Of a DNA stretch of 64,000 nt, positions 12,840-25,505 are shown piece by piece. The notes under the pieces are model-generated. The model saw only the letters and a program-made list of their open reading frames with translations, had not been told where the DNA came from and searched no databases. Source of the DNA: Mobula hypostoma (Eukaryota); assembly GCF_963921235.1 (NCBI RefSeq), contig NC_086097.1, positions 96,350,001-96,414,000 of the forward strand. Direction: 5' to 3'. Position numbers and translations under genes: made by a program. The first letter of the stretch is position 1, and every line of letters starts with the position of its first letter.

Positions 12840-13070
12840 AGAACTTGTACTTTTATGGTGCCTTTTCTAATCTCAGGACATTACAAAATACTGACAATGA
12901 TATTTGTATTATTGTTTCTGTTGTACTATTGGAAAATGCAGCAACAATTTTGCACATTGCAAGGTTAATCAAACAGCAATGAGATATTAATTTGACAATA
13001 TAATTTTATTACTGTTCATAAGCATGTATTGACATGAGGGATAATGCCATTTCTTCAGATAGTGCCTTAA
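12840..13070 (-). mobile_element. Ancient Deu-domain SINE remnant
   Basis: Reverse complement reads GGCACTATCTGAAGAA...ATCTCATTGCTGTTTG...CTTGCAATGTGCAAAATTGTTGCTGCATTTTCC...TACAACAG...TGTCCTGAG...AAAGGCACCATAAAAGTACAAGT, collinear with the recalled Deu-SINE core and tail. Confidence 0.65.
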
Positions 13071-14635
13071 GAGGTGGAGGATAGAGTCCAATATAAATCA
13101 CAAGTTCCCTGCTCTAGAATTTATTATACAGTAGGCACAAGCTCTAGAGTTTGATATAAATCGAACAACCTTCCTCTTTTATGACTCAGAGCAACTAGGA
13201 ATGTGGGGAAGGGGCAACTCCAAAGGATGACAATAATTACTAAGCTTTGAGGAAGTGTATATGTGCACTTATAGGTATAAAGAAGTGTCTGACTTGCTTC
13301 TTCAAAAACAGTCCAATTTCAATTCCTGATCATGTGCCTGGGCTGAATTGTGATTAGTTCTGTTTATGTGGCATTGTCATACACAGTACTGCTTTCCTTC
13401 AGCATACTTATTCTTCATTCTCAAATATATTACTTAATCTACAGAATTTTACAGAGATGGTGATGAAAGACATTCTACCTAAATTAATGTGCCAGGCACT
13501 CAGGAGTGCCGCTAAATGTTCATGCAGGAGTGGACTGAAAAATAGATTATAAACATATGACAGATTTATCATTGAAGGCTATTACCAAATCTGTTAAACC
13601 CAAACTCTCAAACAGTTTAAACTCACATTCTTTATTTATACTTGATTACTTATCCATTGTTAACTATAACATCAACTTATTCCACAAATGCTTGACATCT
13701 GATTTATAATTCACAGGCTTAGTTCTAGTACAAATCTAAAGTTCTTGTGATGACTAAACAATCAGTGTGACAACACAAATGTAATAGTTACACATATATG
13801 CGTCAAATTAAATCTTGTAAAGCATAGGAACTCAAATACAGTTACACATAATAAAGGAAGAGAGGACAAATAGTGAAGGAGAGCAATGTAAAAGAACCCC
13901 AACAGTCATCAGACAATGCAATGAGTTATTGAAGCATTTTAACATCAACTTGTACCTCCTGCTGCCCTATCTTTTTGTAGTTGGAATCAAATGCAACATA
14001 GCGAGTCTTGATTCCTAACTTGGACATGAAATGCAATGTAATGCTGTCAAATGTGTGGAAACTCTGCATTCACTAATCTTTCAGTCGAGGAAATTCTTGA
14101 AAATATTTGCTCAAATAGATAAGAGTTACGTGTTATAACTCCAGAAATTAATTAAAAGAAAAACACATGAGTCCAGGGATATGTGTTTACTTAGTTCTAC
14201 CTTAGTGAGGCACTCACTCATGACATGGTGGTGTAATGACATATGCCATTCATGTACTTCTTATGCCAAACCAGCCTCAAAATGAATAACACCACTCCCC
14301 AAAAAACTAATCCCTCCTACCTACACTTTGTCCATATCCTTCCATCTTCCTCACATTCATGTGCTTGTCTAAATGTCTCTTAAAAGCGTCTAATGTATTT
14401 GCCTTTACCACCATATCAGGCAATGTATTCCACGAATCCACCACTCTCCAAGTAAAAAAACTTACTCCTCATATCCCCTTTGAACCTAACCCCTCTCACC
14501 TTAAATGCATGCTCTCTGGTATTAGACATTTCTACCCTGGGAAAAAGATATTTCCTGTCTACTTTATTTATGCCTCTCATAATCTGTCAGATCTCCTACA
14601 GCCTCCACTGCTCCAAAGAAAACAATCCAAGTTTG

Positions 14636-16797
14636 CACAACACACACAAAATGCTGGAGGAACTCAGCAGGCCAGGCAGCATCTATGGAAAAGAGTAAAA
14701 ATTTGACAGTTTGGACCAATACCCTTCATCAGAACTGGAGAAAAAAAGATGAGAAGTCGAAGTAAGAAGATGGGAGGAGGCAAGGAAGAAATACGAGGTA
14801 GAAGGTGTTAGGTGAAAGCGGGAGGGGTAAAGTAAAGAGCTGGGAAGTTGACTGGTGAAAGAGATAAGGGGCTGGAGAGGGGGAATCTGATAGGAGAGGA
14901 CAGAAGGCCATGGAAGAAAGGGAAGGGGGAGGAACACCAGAGGGAGGTGATGGGCAGATAAAGAGGTAATGTGAGGGAGCGAAATGGAAATGGAGAATGG
15001 TGGGGGGAGGAGTCATTAATGGAAGTTCGAGAAATCAATGTTCATGCCATCAGGTTGGAGACCTCCCATAAGGAATATAAGGTGTTCTTCCTCCTACCTG
15101 AGTGTGGCCTCATCACAACAGTAGAGGAGGCTATTGACTGTCATGTCGGAATGGGAATGGGAAGTGGAATTAAAATGGGTGGCCACTGGGAGATCCCACT
15201 TTTTCTGGCGGATGGAGCATAGGTGCTTAGCGAAGAGGTCTCCAAATCTATGTCAAGTCTCACTGATAGACAGGAGGCCACACTGGGAGCACCGGATACA
15301 GTAGATAACCCAACAGACTCACAGGTGAAGTGTCCCCTCACCTGGAAGGCCTGTTTGGGATCTGAATAGTAGTGAGGAAGGAGGTGTAGGGACAGGTGTA
15401 GCACTTGTTCCACAAGAATAACTGCCAAGAGGGGAGGGACAATTGGACAAATGAGTCATGTAGGGAGCAATCACTGCAGAAAGCAGAAAATGGGGGGTGG
15501 AGGGAAACATGCTTGGTGGTGGGATCCCATTGGAGATTGCGGAATTATGTGCTGGATGTGGAGGTTGGTGGGTGGCTGGTGAGGACAAGAAGAGCCCTAT
15601 CCCTGGTGGGGTGCCAGGAGGATGGGGTGAGGGCAGACGTATGTGAAATGGAGGAGGTTCAGTTGAGGGCAGCGTTGATGGTGGAGGAAGGGAACCCCTT
15701 TCTTTGAAGAAGGAGGACATCTCCTTAGTTCTGGAATGAAAAGCCTCATCCTGAGAGCAGATGCAGTGGAGACGAAGGAATTGAGAGAAGCGGTAGGCAG
15801 TTTTACAAGTAACAGGGTGGGAAGAAGTATAGTCCAGGTAGCTGTGAGAGTCAGTGAGTTTATAAAAGACATCAGTAGATAAGCTGTCTCCAGAAATAGA
15901 GACAGAGAGATCAAGAAAGGGGAGGGACCAGGTAAAATTGAAGGCAGGGTGGAAGTAGGAGGCAAAGTTGATGAAGTCAATGAGCTTAGCATGGGTGTAG
16001 GAAGGACCACCAATGTAGTTGTCGATGTAGTGCAGGAAAAATTGGGGGGTGATACCAGTGTAGGCTTGGAACATAGACTGTTCCATGGTGCCATTAAAAA
16101 GGCAGACATAGCTAGGATCCATGCAAGTGCCCAAGACTACACCTTTTATTTAAAGAAAGTTGGAGGAGCTGAAGGAGAAATTATTGAGAGTGAGGACTAA
16201 TTCCACCAGACAGAGGAGGGTGGTGAAGGGGAACTGTTCTGGTCTGGTGTCCAGAAAGAAACAGAGGGCTTTGAGGCCTTCCTGGTGGGGAATAGAGGTG
16301 TATAGGGACTGGATATCCAGAGTGAAATAAGATGATTGGGGCCAGGAAATGGAAAGGATCATTGAAAAGATCAAGAGTGTGTGAAGTATCACAGATATAG
16401 GTAGGAAGGGTTTGAACCAGGGGGATAAAACTGAGTTGAAGTATGCATATACAAGTTTGGTGGAGCAGAAACAATGTGTCTACCTGGACAGGCAGGTTTG
16501 TGGATCTATGGTAGGAGGTAGAAATGGGAGGTGCAGGTGAGGGAACTACGAGGTTGGTGGCAGTGGATGGGAGATCCCCAGAGTTAATGAGGTTGGTGAT
16601 GGTGTGTGAGACAATAGCGTGGTGCTCCTTAGTGGTGTCCTGTCTGAGAGGCAAGTAAGAGGAGGTATCTGATAGCTGTCGCTTGGCTTCAGCAAGGTAG
16701 ACATTAGTTCACCAGACAACTACAGTACCCCCCTTATCTATGGGTTTGATGTGAGGTTGGGAGAGAGTGGAGAGCAGTACGAATGGAAACTTGGACA
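14636..16797 (-). mobile_element. Penelope-like retroelement (RT and GIY-YIG, decayed), 12-bp TSD AATCCAAGTTTG
   Basis: PLE RT motifs FTLDIQSLYTSIPH, LVELVLTLNNFSF, MGTCMDPSY, HYIDN, LPFLDLSV, TDSHSYLDYTSSHP and SQFLRL. The TSD lies at 14624-14635 and 16798-16809. Confidence 0.9.
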
Positions 16798-17293
16798 AAT
16801 CCAAGTTTGTCCAGCCTCTCATTATAGCACATGCCCTCTAAACCAGGCAGCATCCTGGTAAACCTCTTCTGCACCCTCTCCAAAGACTCAACGTCCTTCC
16901 TATAGTGCAGCAACCAGATTTGTATGCAATACTCCAGATGTGGCCTAACCAGAGGTTTATAAAATTACAACATAACCTCTTGACTTTTGAGCTCAATGCC
17001 CCAACTAACAAAAGAAAACATTCCATAAGCCTTCTTAACCACCCTATCAATCTGTGTAGCCACTTTCATGGAGCTATGAACCTGGACCCCAAGATCTCTC
17101 TGCTTAGCAACACTGTTAAGGGTCTTGACCTTAACAGTGTACTGTCTCCTTGCATTTTCCCTACCAGAGTGCAACACCTCACATTAATCTGGGTTAAACT
17201 CTATCTACCATTTTTCTCTGCCTATATCTGTAACTGATCGTGCTGTATTCTTTGCCAGTCTTCTACACTATCCACAGTTCCACCAATCTTGGT

Positions 17294-17960
17294 CACCATC
17301 ATCATCATGTGCCATACTCTGTCAGAGCCTCGGCGACTACTTTCTTCCACTGCGATCTGTCGGCAGTCAAACCTCTTGCATTTCTGGTGGTGAGGCTGGT
17401 CCACTTCTTGATGTTGTTGATCCAGGTTGTCCTCTGTCTGCCTCGGGAGCAGCTTCCTTCTACTCTGCCTTCAAGCACAGTGCGTTCCAGTGTGTCATCA
17501 GTTCTTGAGATGTGTCCAAAATAGCAAAGTTTCCTTTGGATAATGGTTTCCAGAAGTATTGGTTTCGAGCCAATCTTTTCTAGGATGAAATTGTTGGATC
17601 TCCTTTCAATGTATGATACCCTGAGGATCCGTCTGTATGTCCACATCTCAAATGCTGTCAACTTCTTTTCATCAGCTGCTTTTAGGGTCCATGTTTCACA
17701 GTGATATAGGGTTACTGGCCAGACGAGACTCTTGAGGAGGCGTGTCTTGGTGTCAGTGCTCACAGATCTATCTTTCCAGATGTTCCAGAGTTTGGTAGTG
17801 CTTGTGTGTGCCATTGCTAGCCTTCGCCTTATTTCCTTGCTGCATTCGTCTGTGTCCAAGGGACACCTGGGAATACCAGCGATGGTTAAGAGGCACTCCA
17901 TCATCCTCATAGCCCTTGCGGACTCTTGCGCCTGGATCCAGTTTTACATCTTGCCCAGGA
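17294..17960 (-). mobile_element. RTE-clade LINE 3' fragment with (ATG)n tail and 14-bp TSD CCACCAATCTTGGT
   Basis: ORF 17305..17910 has EIRRRLAMA, LYHCETWTL, FEMWTYRRILRVSY, YFGHISR and LEGRVEGSCSRGRQRTTW. CATCATCATCAT tail at ~17297; TSD at 17280-17293 and 17961-17974. Confidence 0.9.
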
Positions 17961-18989
17961 CCACCAATCTTGGTATCAACCGCAAAATTACTAATTCACC
18001 CACCTACATTCTCATCCAGGTTATTTACATACTTCACAAACAGCAGTGGTCCCAGCCCAAATCCTTGTGGAACACCACTAATTACAGACCTCCAGCTCAA
18101 ATAAGTTCCTTCAATCACTACCCTCTGTCTTCTACATGCAAGCCAGTTCTGAATCCAAACAGTTAATTCACCACGGATTCCATGCATCTTAATCTTCGGG
18201 ATTAACCTCCCATGAGGGACTTTGTCAAACATCTTACTAAAGTCCATGTCGATAACATCTACTGCCCCACTCTCACCACCTTGTCAAAAAACTCATTCAA
18301 GTTAGTAAGACATGACCTGCCCTGCGCAAAGCCATGCTGTCTCTCCCAAATTAGGTCATGGTTTTTCAAATTCTCATATATTCTATCCCTAAGATTTTTC
18401 TCCAATAATTCCCTACAACTGACATGAACCTCAGTCGTCTATAGTTCCCAGTATTATCTTGTTCTCTTCTTAAATAGAGGTACAACATTAGCTACTCAAC
18501 AGTCCTCTGGGACCTCACTTGTGGCTAGAGAGGACACAAAGCTACTGGTCAAGGCCCCCAGCAATCTCATCTCTTGCCTCCTTCAATAACCTGGGGTAAA
18601 TTCCACCTGGCCTTGGGGACGTCCACCTTAATACTCATTGGGAAGCCCAACACTTCCTTTTCCTTGACCTCTAAATGCCCTAACATATTTATATACTCAA
18701 CATTGATCTCCTGGTCCTCCATGTCCTTTTCCTTGGTAAATACTGAAGTAAAGTACTCACTAAGTGTCTCACTCACATTCTCCTGCATCCAAACAAATGT
18801 TCCCCTCTTTATTCTTGAGTGGTCCTACTCTCTCCCTAGTTATCCTCCTACTGTTGATGTATGTATAGAATAGCTTGGTATTCACCTTAATCCTACCTGC
18901 AAGAACTTTTCTTGGCCCCTCCTGGCTCTTTTAATTCCCTTCTTTAGTTCTTTTCTGGTTTCTTTATAATCCCCATGTGCTTCATTTGC

Positions 18990-20750
18990 ATTAATTTCTA
19001 TCTGCGATTTTTCAGCCCATTTTCCCAACTGGTCCAGATCTCATTGCAAGCATTCCTTTGGTTCTTAATATATCTATAGAAGCCCTTAGAATTCTCCTTT
19101 ACCTTGTCTGCTAGAGCAACTTCATGTCTTCTTTTAGCTCTCCTGATTTCCTTCTTAAGTGCTCTCTTGCATTTCTGCTACTCCGAAGATCTCATTTGTT
19201 CCTGCCTGCTTATACCTCCATTTTTTTTAACCAGGACCTCAATATCTCTCAAAAACCAAGGTTCCATAAACCCACTGTCCTTGCCTTTTTATTCTGACAG
19301 GAACACACAAACTCTGTACTCACAAAATTTGACTTTTGAAGACCTCCCATTTACCAAGTACACCTTTGCCAGAAACAACCTATACGAATCGACACTTGCC
19401 AGATCCTTTCAGCTACCATCAAAATTGGACTTTCTCCAATTTAGAATCTCAACGCAAGGACCAGACCTATCCTTTTCCATATTTACTTTGAAACTAATGG
19501 CATTGTGATCACTAGATGCAAATTGCTCCCCTCCATAAACTTCTGTCACTTACCAGTCTCATTCCCTAATATGAGATCTAGTATTACATTCTCTAGTTTG
19601 GACTTCTATGTCAGGAAACTTCCCTGAACACATCTGACTAAGTCTTTCCCATCAAGCCCCTTTATAGTATGGGAGTCCCAGTCAATATGTGGAAAGCTAA
19701 AAACACATACTATCACAACTTTATGTTTCTTAAAACTGTCTGCGCTATCTCTACAAAGTTGCTCCTCCAAATCCCGCAGAATCTTGGTGGTCTATAATAC
19801 AATCCCATTTATGTGGTCATACCTTTTGTAGTCCTCAGTTCCACCCATATAGTCTTACTACACAAGCTCTCCAGTCTGTCCTGTTTGATCACTGCCACAA
19901 CAATTTCCCTGACTAGTAATGCCATCCCTCCCCCTTTACCACATCTAAAACAACTGATCCTTAGAACACTGAGTTGCCAGTCCTGCACCTCCTGTAACCA
20001 AGTCTCACTAAATGTTACAATGTTATAATTCCACATGCTGTTCCTTTCCTCCTTGTATTGAAATATATGCAGATCTGAACATTAGTCCCATCAAGCTCAA
20101 TCTTTTGATTTCTGACCTTGTATGTAGGCCTAACAACATCTTTTTCCACAACCACTCCACTATCTGTTCTGGTGCTCTGGTTCCCATCCCCACAACTCTA
20201 GTTTAAAAATCTCCCATGCAGCACTTGCAAACCTTCCTGCCAGGATATTAATCCCCCTCCAGTTCAGGCATAGACCGTCTCTTCTGGACAGGTCCCACCT
20301 ACCCCGGAAGAGAGCTCAATGATCCAAAAATCTGAAGCCCTCCTTCCTACCCCAACTTGCTCGCCACATGTTAACCTGTATGATTTTCCTATTTCTGGCC
20401 TCACTGGCATGTAGCACAGGTAGCAATCCCAAGATCACAACCCTGGAGGCCCTGTCCTTTAACTTGGCACCTAACTTTCTGAACTCACTTTGGGGGATCT
20501 TATCACCCATTCTACCCATGTCACTGGTACTGACATGGAACATGACCTCTGGATGCTCACCCTCCAACTTAAGAATGTTGTGGACACGATCTCCCTGTCT
20601 CTGGCACCTGGGAGACAACAAACCATCCATGAATCTCATTCTTTTCCACAGAACCTCTTTTCTGTTCACCTAACCAATGAATCCCCTATCACTACAGCTT
20701 GCCTCTTCTCCCCACTTCCTTTCTGAGCCACAATGCCAGGCTCGGTGCCA
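18990..20750 (-). mobile_element. Second CR1 LINE (ORF1 esterase, EN, tether) with most of RT deleted
   Basis: ORF 20316..20669 (HVSTSDM...RVVILGLLPV...FRFLDH) and ORF 19809..20036 (SETWLQ...GGGMALLV...WVEL). It repeats the tether region already present at 18860-18960. Confidence 0.75.
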
Positions 20751-22195
20751 GAGCTGTCAGAAATATCACTACTAATTGATGTCAAATTTGGTCTGCTTAA
20801 GTAGTTTTCTGAAAGACAGCAATTACTTTGCATGGCAGAGGAGGCATACAGTTCAAATCAGTACCTCTGATATTTTTGTCTTTTAGAAAATGGTCAAGTC
20901 ACAATGCCAAGCCTGGTAAACTGGATACAATTTCACAATCTGGGAGTAAGAATATAAAGTCTACTTTTCTTCTTTTCCGTGTACACCTAATCTTTATTAA
21001 AGTAGTTAAAACATAGTAAAATTCTAATACATGAGGGTAACATCTCACCATAACACAAAACTTAATCTATGTATGGATATTGACTGCAAAATAGTTGGAC
21101 ATTTCTGTAATTACAATGGCAGGACTTTCAAAAAAATCTGCAAATATCAAGTAAACAAGATCAGATTTTAAATATAAAAAATGAGAGAGGTTAATGATTG
21201 AGATGGGGGAATTTCCCTCCTGAGGAAATCTAGGCAGGCCAGGTGAGAAACATATTTGAGGACATATTCCTTCTTCATATTTGCCTTAAATGTGTAAAAA
21301 GTGGATCATTCAAATATAACTAAAATAAAATAATAAGGGATCAATTACTACTTAACTAAACATCAGAAAATGAATATCAGCAACTTGAGTTACCATTTTA
21401 GCACATGGAAAAGATCTCAGGGGTTTCAACAACAAAGGGCTTCCAACTCTATGCACAGGCACCATAAGCATCACAGCTCAGTTTCTACTTCCACTTCATC
21501 CAGTGCAGTAGACAAGTAACTCTTTCTTCTCCATTCTGAATACGTTGTTGGGTGTAACTCCCCAGTGACGGACATGCAGCCTATCACTTGCAATTAATAA
21601 TTCAGAAGCCAGAAATAGGTAAGCCTGTAGGCATACAGATGGACAGACATCTCACTGTGTTGAAGTCGTCTCCCCATTGGAAAATGAAGAAACTTTGTAT
21701 CAGAACAGGCAAAAAAAAAGTTCAAAGGGAAAGAAACTGTTTGGTGTTGTCTTTGATTGCAGCTGTTTGTTTATTTCAATGAACGGAAATCCTATTGGCT
21801 ATTTCCAACTATTGAAGTTGGTCTTTTCTCTGTCAATTACTGATTGGCTTGTGTGGTTCAAAGATTTGGAGCAACGTTCCTTCCACTAGGGTGTAACTAA
21901 ATGCTAAGGATTCATCTGAAGTTATCAATGCTTCAATATTGCCTACAGTTGCTCTTCAAGTCCAAACATGATAAAGATAAACTCATGAAAGTATTATTAA
22001 CAAACATGCCCATTTCTGACCTTTTATTGGAAGAAAGGTCATTTGACAAAGTAACTGGAGATGCTAAGCTTAGGAAACTACCTTGAGGAACGTCTTTAGT
22101 GGTGCATCCTGTGGCTAGCAAACATAACCATATTCTTCTGTGTGACAGACTGTTCCAACTATTGGACTGCTTTCTTCTTGATGTCACGTGTGGTT

Positions 22196-23538
22196 AAATG
22201 CTAGCTTAATGTCAATTATAAAAGACGAAATAGCGGCATATTTGGATAGCAGTAACAGGATCAGTCAGAGTCAGCATGGATTTATGAAGGGAAAATCATG
22301 CTTGACTAATCTTCTGGAATTTTTTGAGGATGTAACTATGAAAATGGACAAGGGAGAGCCAGTGGATGGAGTGTACCTAGACTTTCAGGAAGCCTTTGAT
22401 AAGGTCCCACATAGGAGATCAGTGGGCAAAATTGGAACGCATGGTATTGGGGGTAGGGTACTGACATGGATAGAAAATTGGTTGGCAGACAGGAAACAAA
22501 GAGTAGGGATTAATGGGTCCCTTTCGGAATGGCAGGCAGTGACTAGTGGGGTACCACAAGACTCGGTGCTGGGACCGCAGCTATTTACAATATACATTAA
22601 TGATTTAGATGAAGGGATTAAAAGTAACATTAGCAAATTTGCAGATGACACAAAGCTGAGTGGCAGTGTGAAATGTGAAGAGAATGTTATGAGAATGCAG
22701 GGTGACTTGGACAGGTTGGGTGAGTAGGCAGATGCAGTTTAATGTGGATAAATGTGAGGTAATCCACTTTGGTGGCAAGAACAGGAAGGCAGATTACTAT
22801 CTGAATGATGTCAAGTTAGGAAAGGGGTAAGTACAATGAGATCTAGGTGTCCTTGTTCATCAGTCACTGAAAGTAAGCATGCAGGTACAGCAGGCAGTGA
22901 AGAAAGCTAATGGCATATTGGCCTTCATAACAAGGAGAGTTGAGTATAGGAGCAAAGAAGTCCTTCTGCAGTTGTACAGGGCCCTGGTGAGACCACACCT
23001 GGAGTATAGTGTGCAGTTTTGGTCTCCAAATTTGAGGAAGGACATTCTTGCTATTGAGGGAGTGCAGCATAGGTTCACGAGGTTAATTCCCGGGATGGCA
23101 GGACTGTCATATGTTGAAAGATTGGAGCGACTGGGGTTGTATACACTGGAATTTAGAATGATGAGAGGGGATCGGATTGAAACATGTAAGATTATTAAGG
23201 GATTGGAAACATGTTCCTGATGTTTGGGGAGTCCAGAACCAGAGGCCACAGTTTAAGAATAAGGGGTAGGCCATTTAGAATAGAGTTGAGGAAAAACTTT
23301 TTCACCCAGAGAGTTGTGGATCTGTGGAATGCTCTGCCTCAGAAGGCAGTGGAGGCCAATTCTCTGGAAGCTTTCAAGAAAGAGTTGGATAGAGCTCTTA
23401 AAGATAGTGAAGTCAAGGGATATGGGAAGAAGGCAGGTACGGAGTACTGACTGTGGCTGATCAGCCATGATCACAGTGAATGGCGATGCTGGCTCGAAGG
23501 GCCGAATGGCACACTCCTGCACCTATTGTCTATTGTCA
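22196..23538 (+). mobile_element. 5'-truncated CR1 LINE (RT, 3' UTR, tail)
   Basis: ORFs 22188..22727 ([22 protein letters not shown]), 22879..23220 and 23211..23450; tail CCTATTGTCTATTGTC. Confidence 0.92.
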
Positions 23539-23584
23539 TAAGGAAGTCACTTCACCTCACCTCTGAAATTCAGCTCTATGGTCC

Positions 23585-24060
23585 CCATTTGAATTAAGGC
23601 TCTGATGAGGCCTGGAGGTGAGTGGTCCTGGCAAATACCGAAGAGACTATATGAGAGTAAATTATTAAGAGTCATCTGAAGCCAATATTGAAAACTTCCT
23701 TCATTATTTTACTGGTCTCTAAGGGTAGACAGATTCTGCTGTAGTTAGGTAGGTTAGATTTGTCCGGCTTTTGTGAAAGTAACGTACTATACATGAGGAA
23801 TTTCAGTAGATGTTATCTTGTAGATGTTACCTTAGAGTAACTTGACTAGAACCACAGAGTATTCTGGAGCACAGATTTTCAGCGTAATAGATGGGATGTT
23901 ATCTGATGTTGTAGCCTCTGCAGTACCTAGTGTTCTCAATATTTTTCTGATATCAGGGGAATGAATTGAATTGGCTACAGACTGTCTTCTGTGATGTTGG
24001 GGAATCTCAGAAGGAAGCCAACATGGATAATCTATTCAGCAGTTCTGGCTGAATATGTAA
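23585..24060 (-). mobile_element. Old CR1/L2-group RT remnant
   Basis: Reverse strand shows decayed Y.P.SL...I.KV.E and Q.GFR-like segments (e.g. + strand AACTTCCTTCATTATTTTACTGG...AGGGTAG, GTGGTCCTGGCAAATACCGAA). Confidence 0.4.
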
Positions 24061-24471
24061 TAGGATAGAGACCAAGAGATAAGCCCCATCCTATCAAAAG
24101 CATTGCTCTGGTTCTCTCCACAGCATTTCCCTCTCGGAAATTTAAACATTTTTTTCAACCTTCACTAGATCTGATGAAAGCCCAAATTGATAAATTGTTC
24201 TCACTCTACACAGCTACTGCCTAATCTATGTTAATTGTGTACACTTTTCTTGTCAGTTTATGGTCTAGACTTTCTCCTTCTTGGAGCCACATCTCAAGGT
24301 ATTGTATAATTATAGAGCCAATGATCATTACATTGTTCCTGAACATTATTTTCAGACACAGTCTCTATAAAGACAGTAGGAGATAGAATTTATGTTTTGT
24401 CAGTGCTGGTAAAAAGAGTGGCATAGAACTCCTAACATTGATATCCAATGGTTTTAATGGAATTCATTATC

Positions 24472-25505
24472 AGGCGGTGACTAGTGGGGTACCGCAAGGC
24501 TCAGTGCTGGGACCCCAGTTGTTTACAATATATATTAATGACTTGGATGAGGGAATTAAATGCAGCATCTCCAAGTTTGCGGATGACACAAAGCTGGGTG
24601 GCAGTGTTAGCAGTGAGGAGGATGCTAAGAGGATGCAGGGTGACTTGGATAGGTTGGGTGAGTGGGCAAACTCATGGCAGATGCAATTTAATGTGGATAA
24701 ATGTGAAGTTATCCACTTTGGTGGCAAAAATAGGAAAACAGATTATTATCTGAATGGTGGCCGATTAGGAAAAGGGGAGGTGCAACGAGACCTGGGTGTC
24801 ATTATACACCAGTCATTGAAAGTGGGCATGCAGGTACAGCAGGCGGTGAAAAAGGCGAATGGTATGCTGGCATTTATAGCGAGAGGATTCGAGTACAGGA
24901 GCAGGGAGGTACTACTGCAGTTGTACAAGGCCTTGGTGAGACCACACCTGGAGTATTGTGTGCAGTTTTGGTCCCCTAATCTGAGGAAAGACATCTTTGC
25001 CATAGAGGGAGTACAAAGAAGGTTCACCAGATTGATTCCTGGGATGGCAGGTCTTTCATATGAAGAAAGACTGGATGAACTGGGCTTGTACTCGTTGGAA
25101 TTTAGAAGATTGAGGGGGGATCTGATTGAAACGTATAAGATCCTAAAGGGATTGGACAGGCTAGATGCGGGAAGATTGTTCCCGATGTTGGGGAGGTCTA
25201 GAACGAGGGGTCACAGTTTGAGGATAGAGGGGAAGCCTTTTAGGACCGAGGTTAGGAAAAACTTCTTCACACAGAGAGTGGTGAATCTGTGGAATTCTCT
25301 GCCACAGCAAACTGTTGAGGCCAGTTCATTAGCTATGTTTAAAAGGAAGTTAGATATGGCCCTTGTGGCTACAGGGGTCAGGGGGTATGGAGGGAAGGCT
25401 GGGTTCTGAGTTGGATGATCAGCCATGATCATAATAAATGGCGGTGCAGGCTCGAAGGGCCGAATGGCCTACTCCTGCACCTATTTTCTATGTTTCTATG
25501 TTTCT
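24472..25505 (+). mobile_element. Young 5'-truncated CR1 LINE with uninterrupted RT C-terminal frame and (TTTCTATG)n tail
   Basis: ORF 24438..25409 is stop-free over the element ([28 protein letters not shown]). Tail TTTTCTATGTTTCTATGTTTCTA; possible 6-bp TSD ATTATC at 24466-24471 and 25506-25511. Confidence 0.93.

Larger units (their letters stand above)
14270..18990 (-). mobile_element. 5'-truncated CR1 LINE split by a PLE insertion (14636-16797) and an RTE insertion (17294-17960)
   Basis: Collinear RT/3' pieces at 14270-14635, 16798-17293 and 17961-18990. ORFs: 16965..17177 QRDLGVQVHSSMKV, 17996..18247 [15 protein letters not shown]...GVPQG, 18567..18788 LSEYFTSVFTKE. Confidence 0.85.

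Noticed and set aside
21750..21870. Cluster of ATTGG (CCAAT-box) motifs and an E-box
   Set aside because: There is no CpG island, TATA context or downstream exon, so it cannot be separated from chance.
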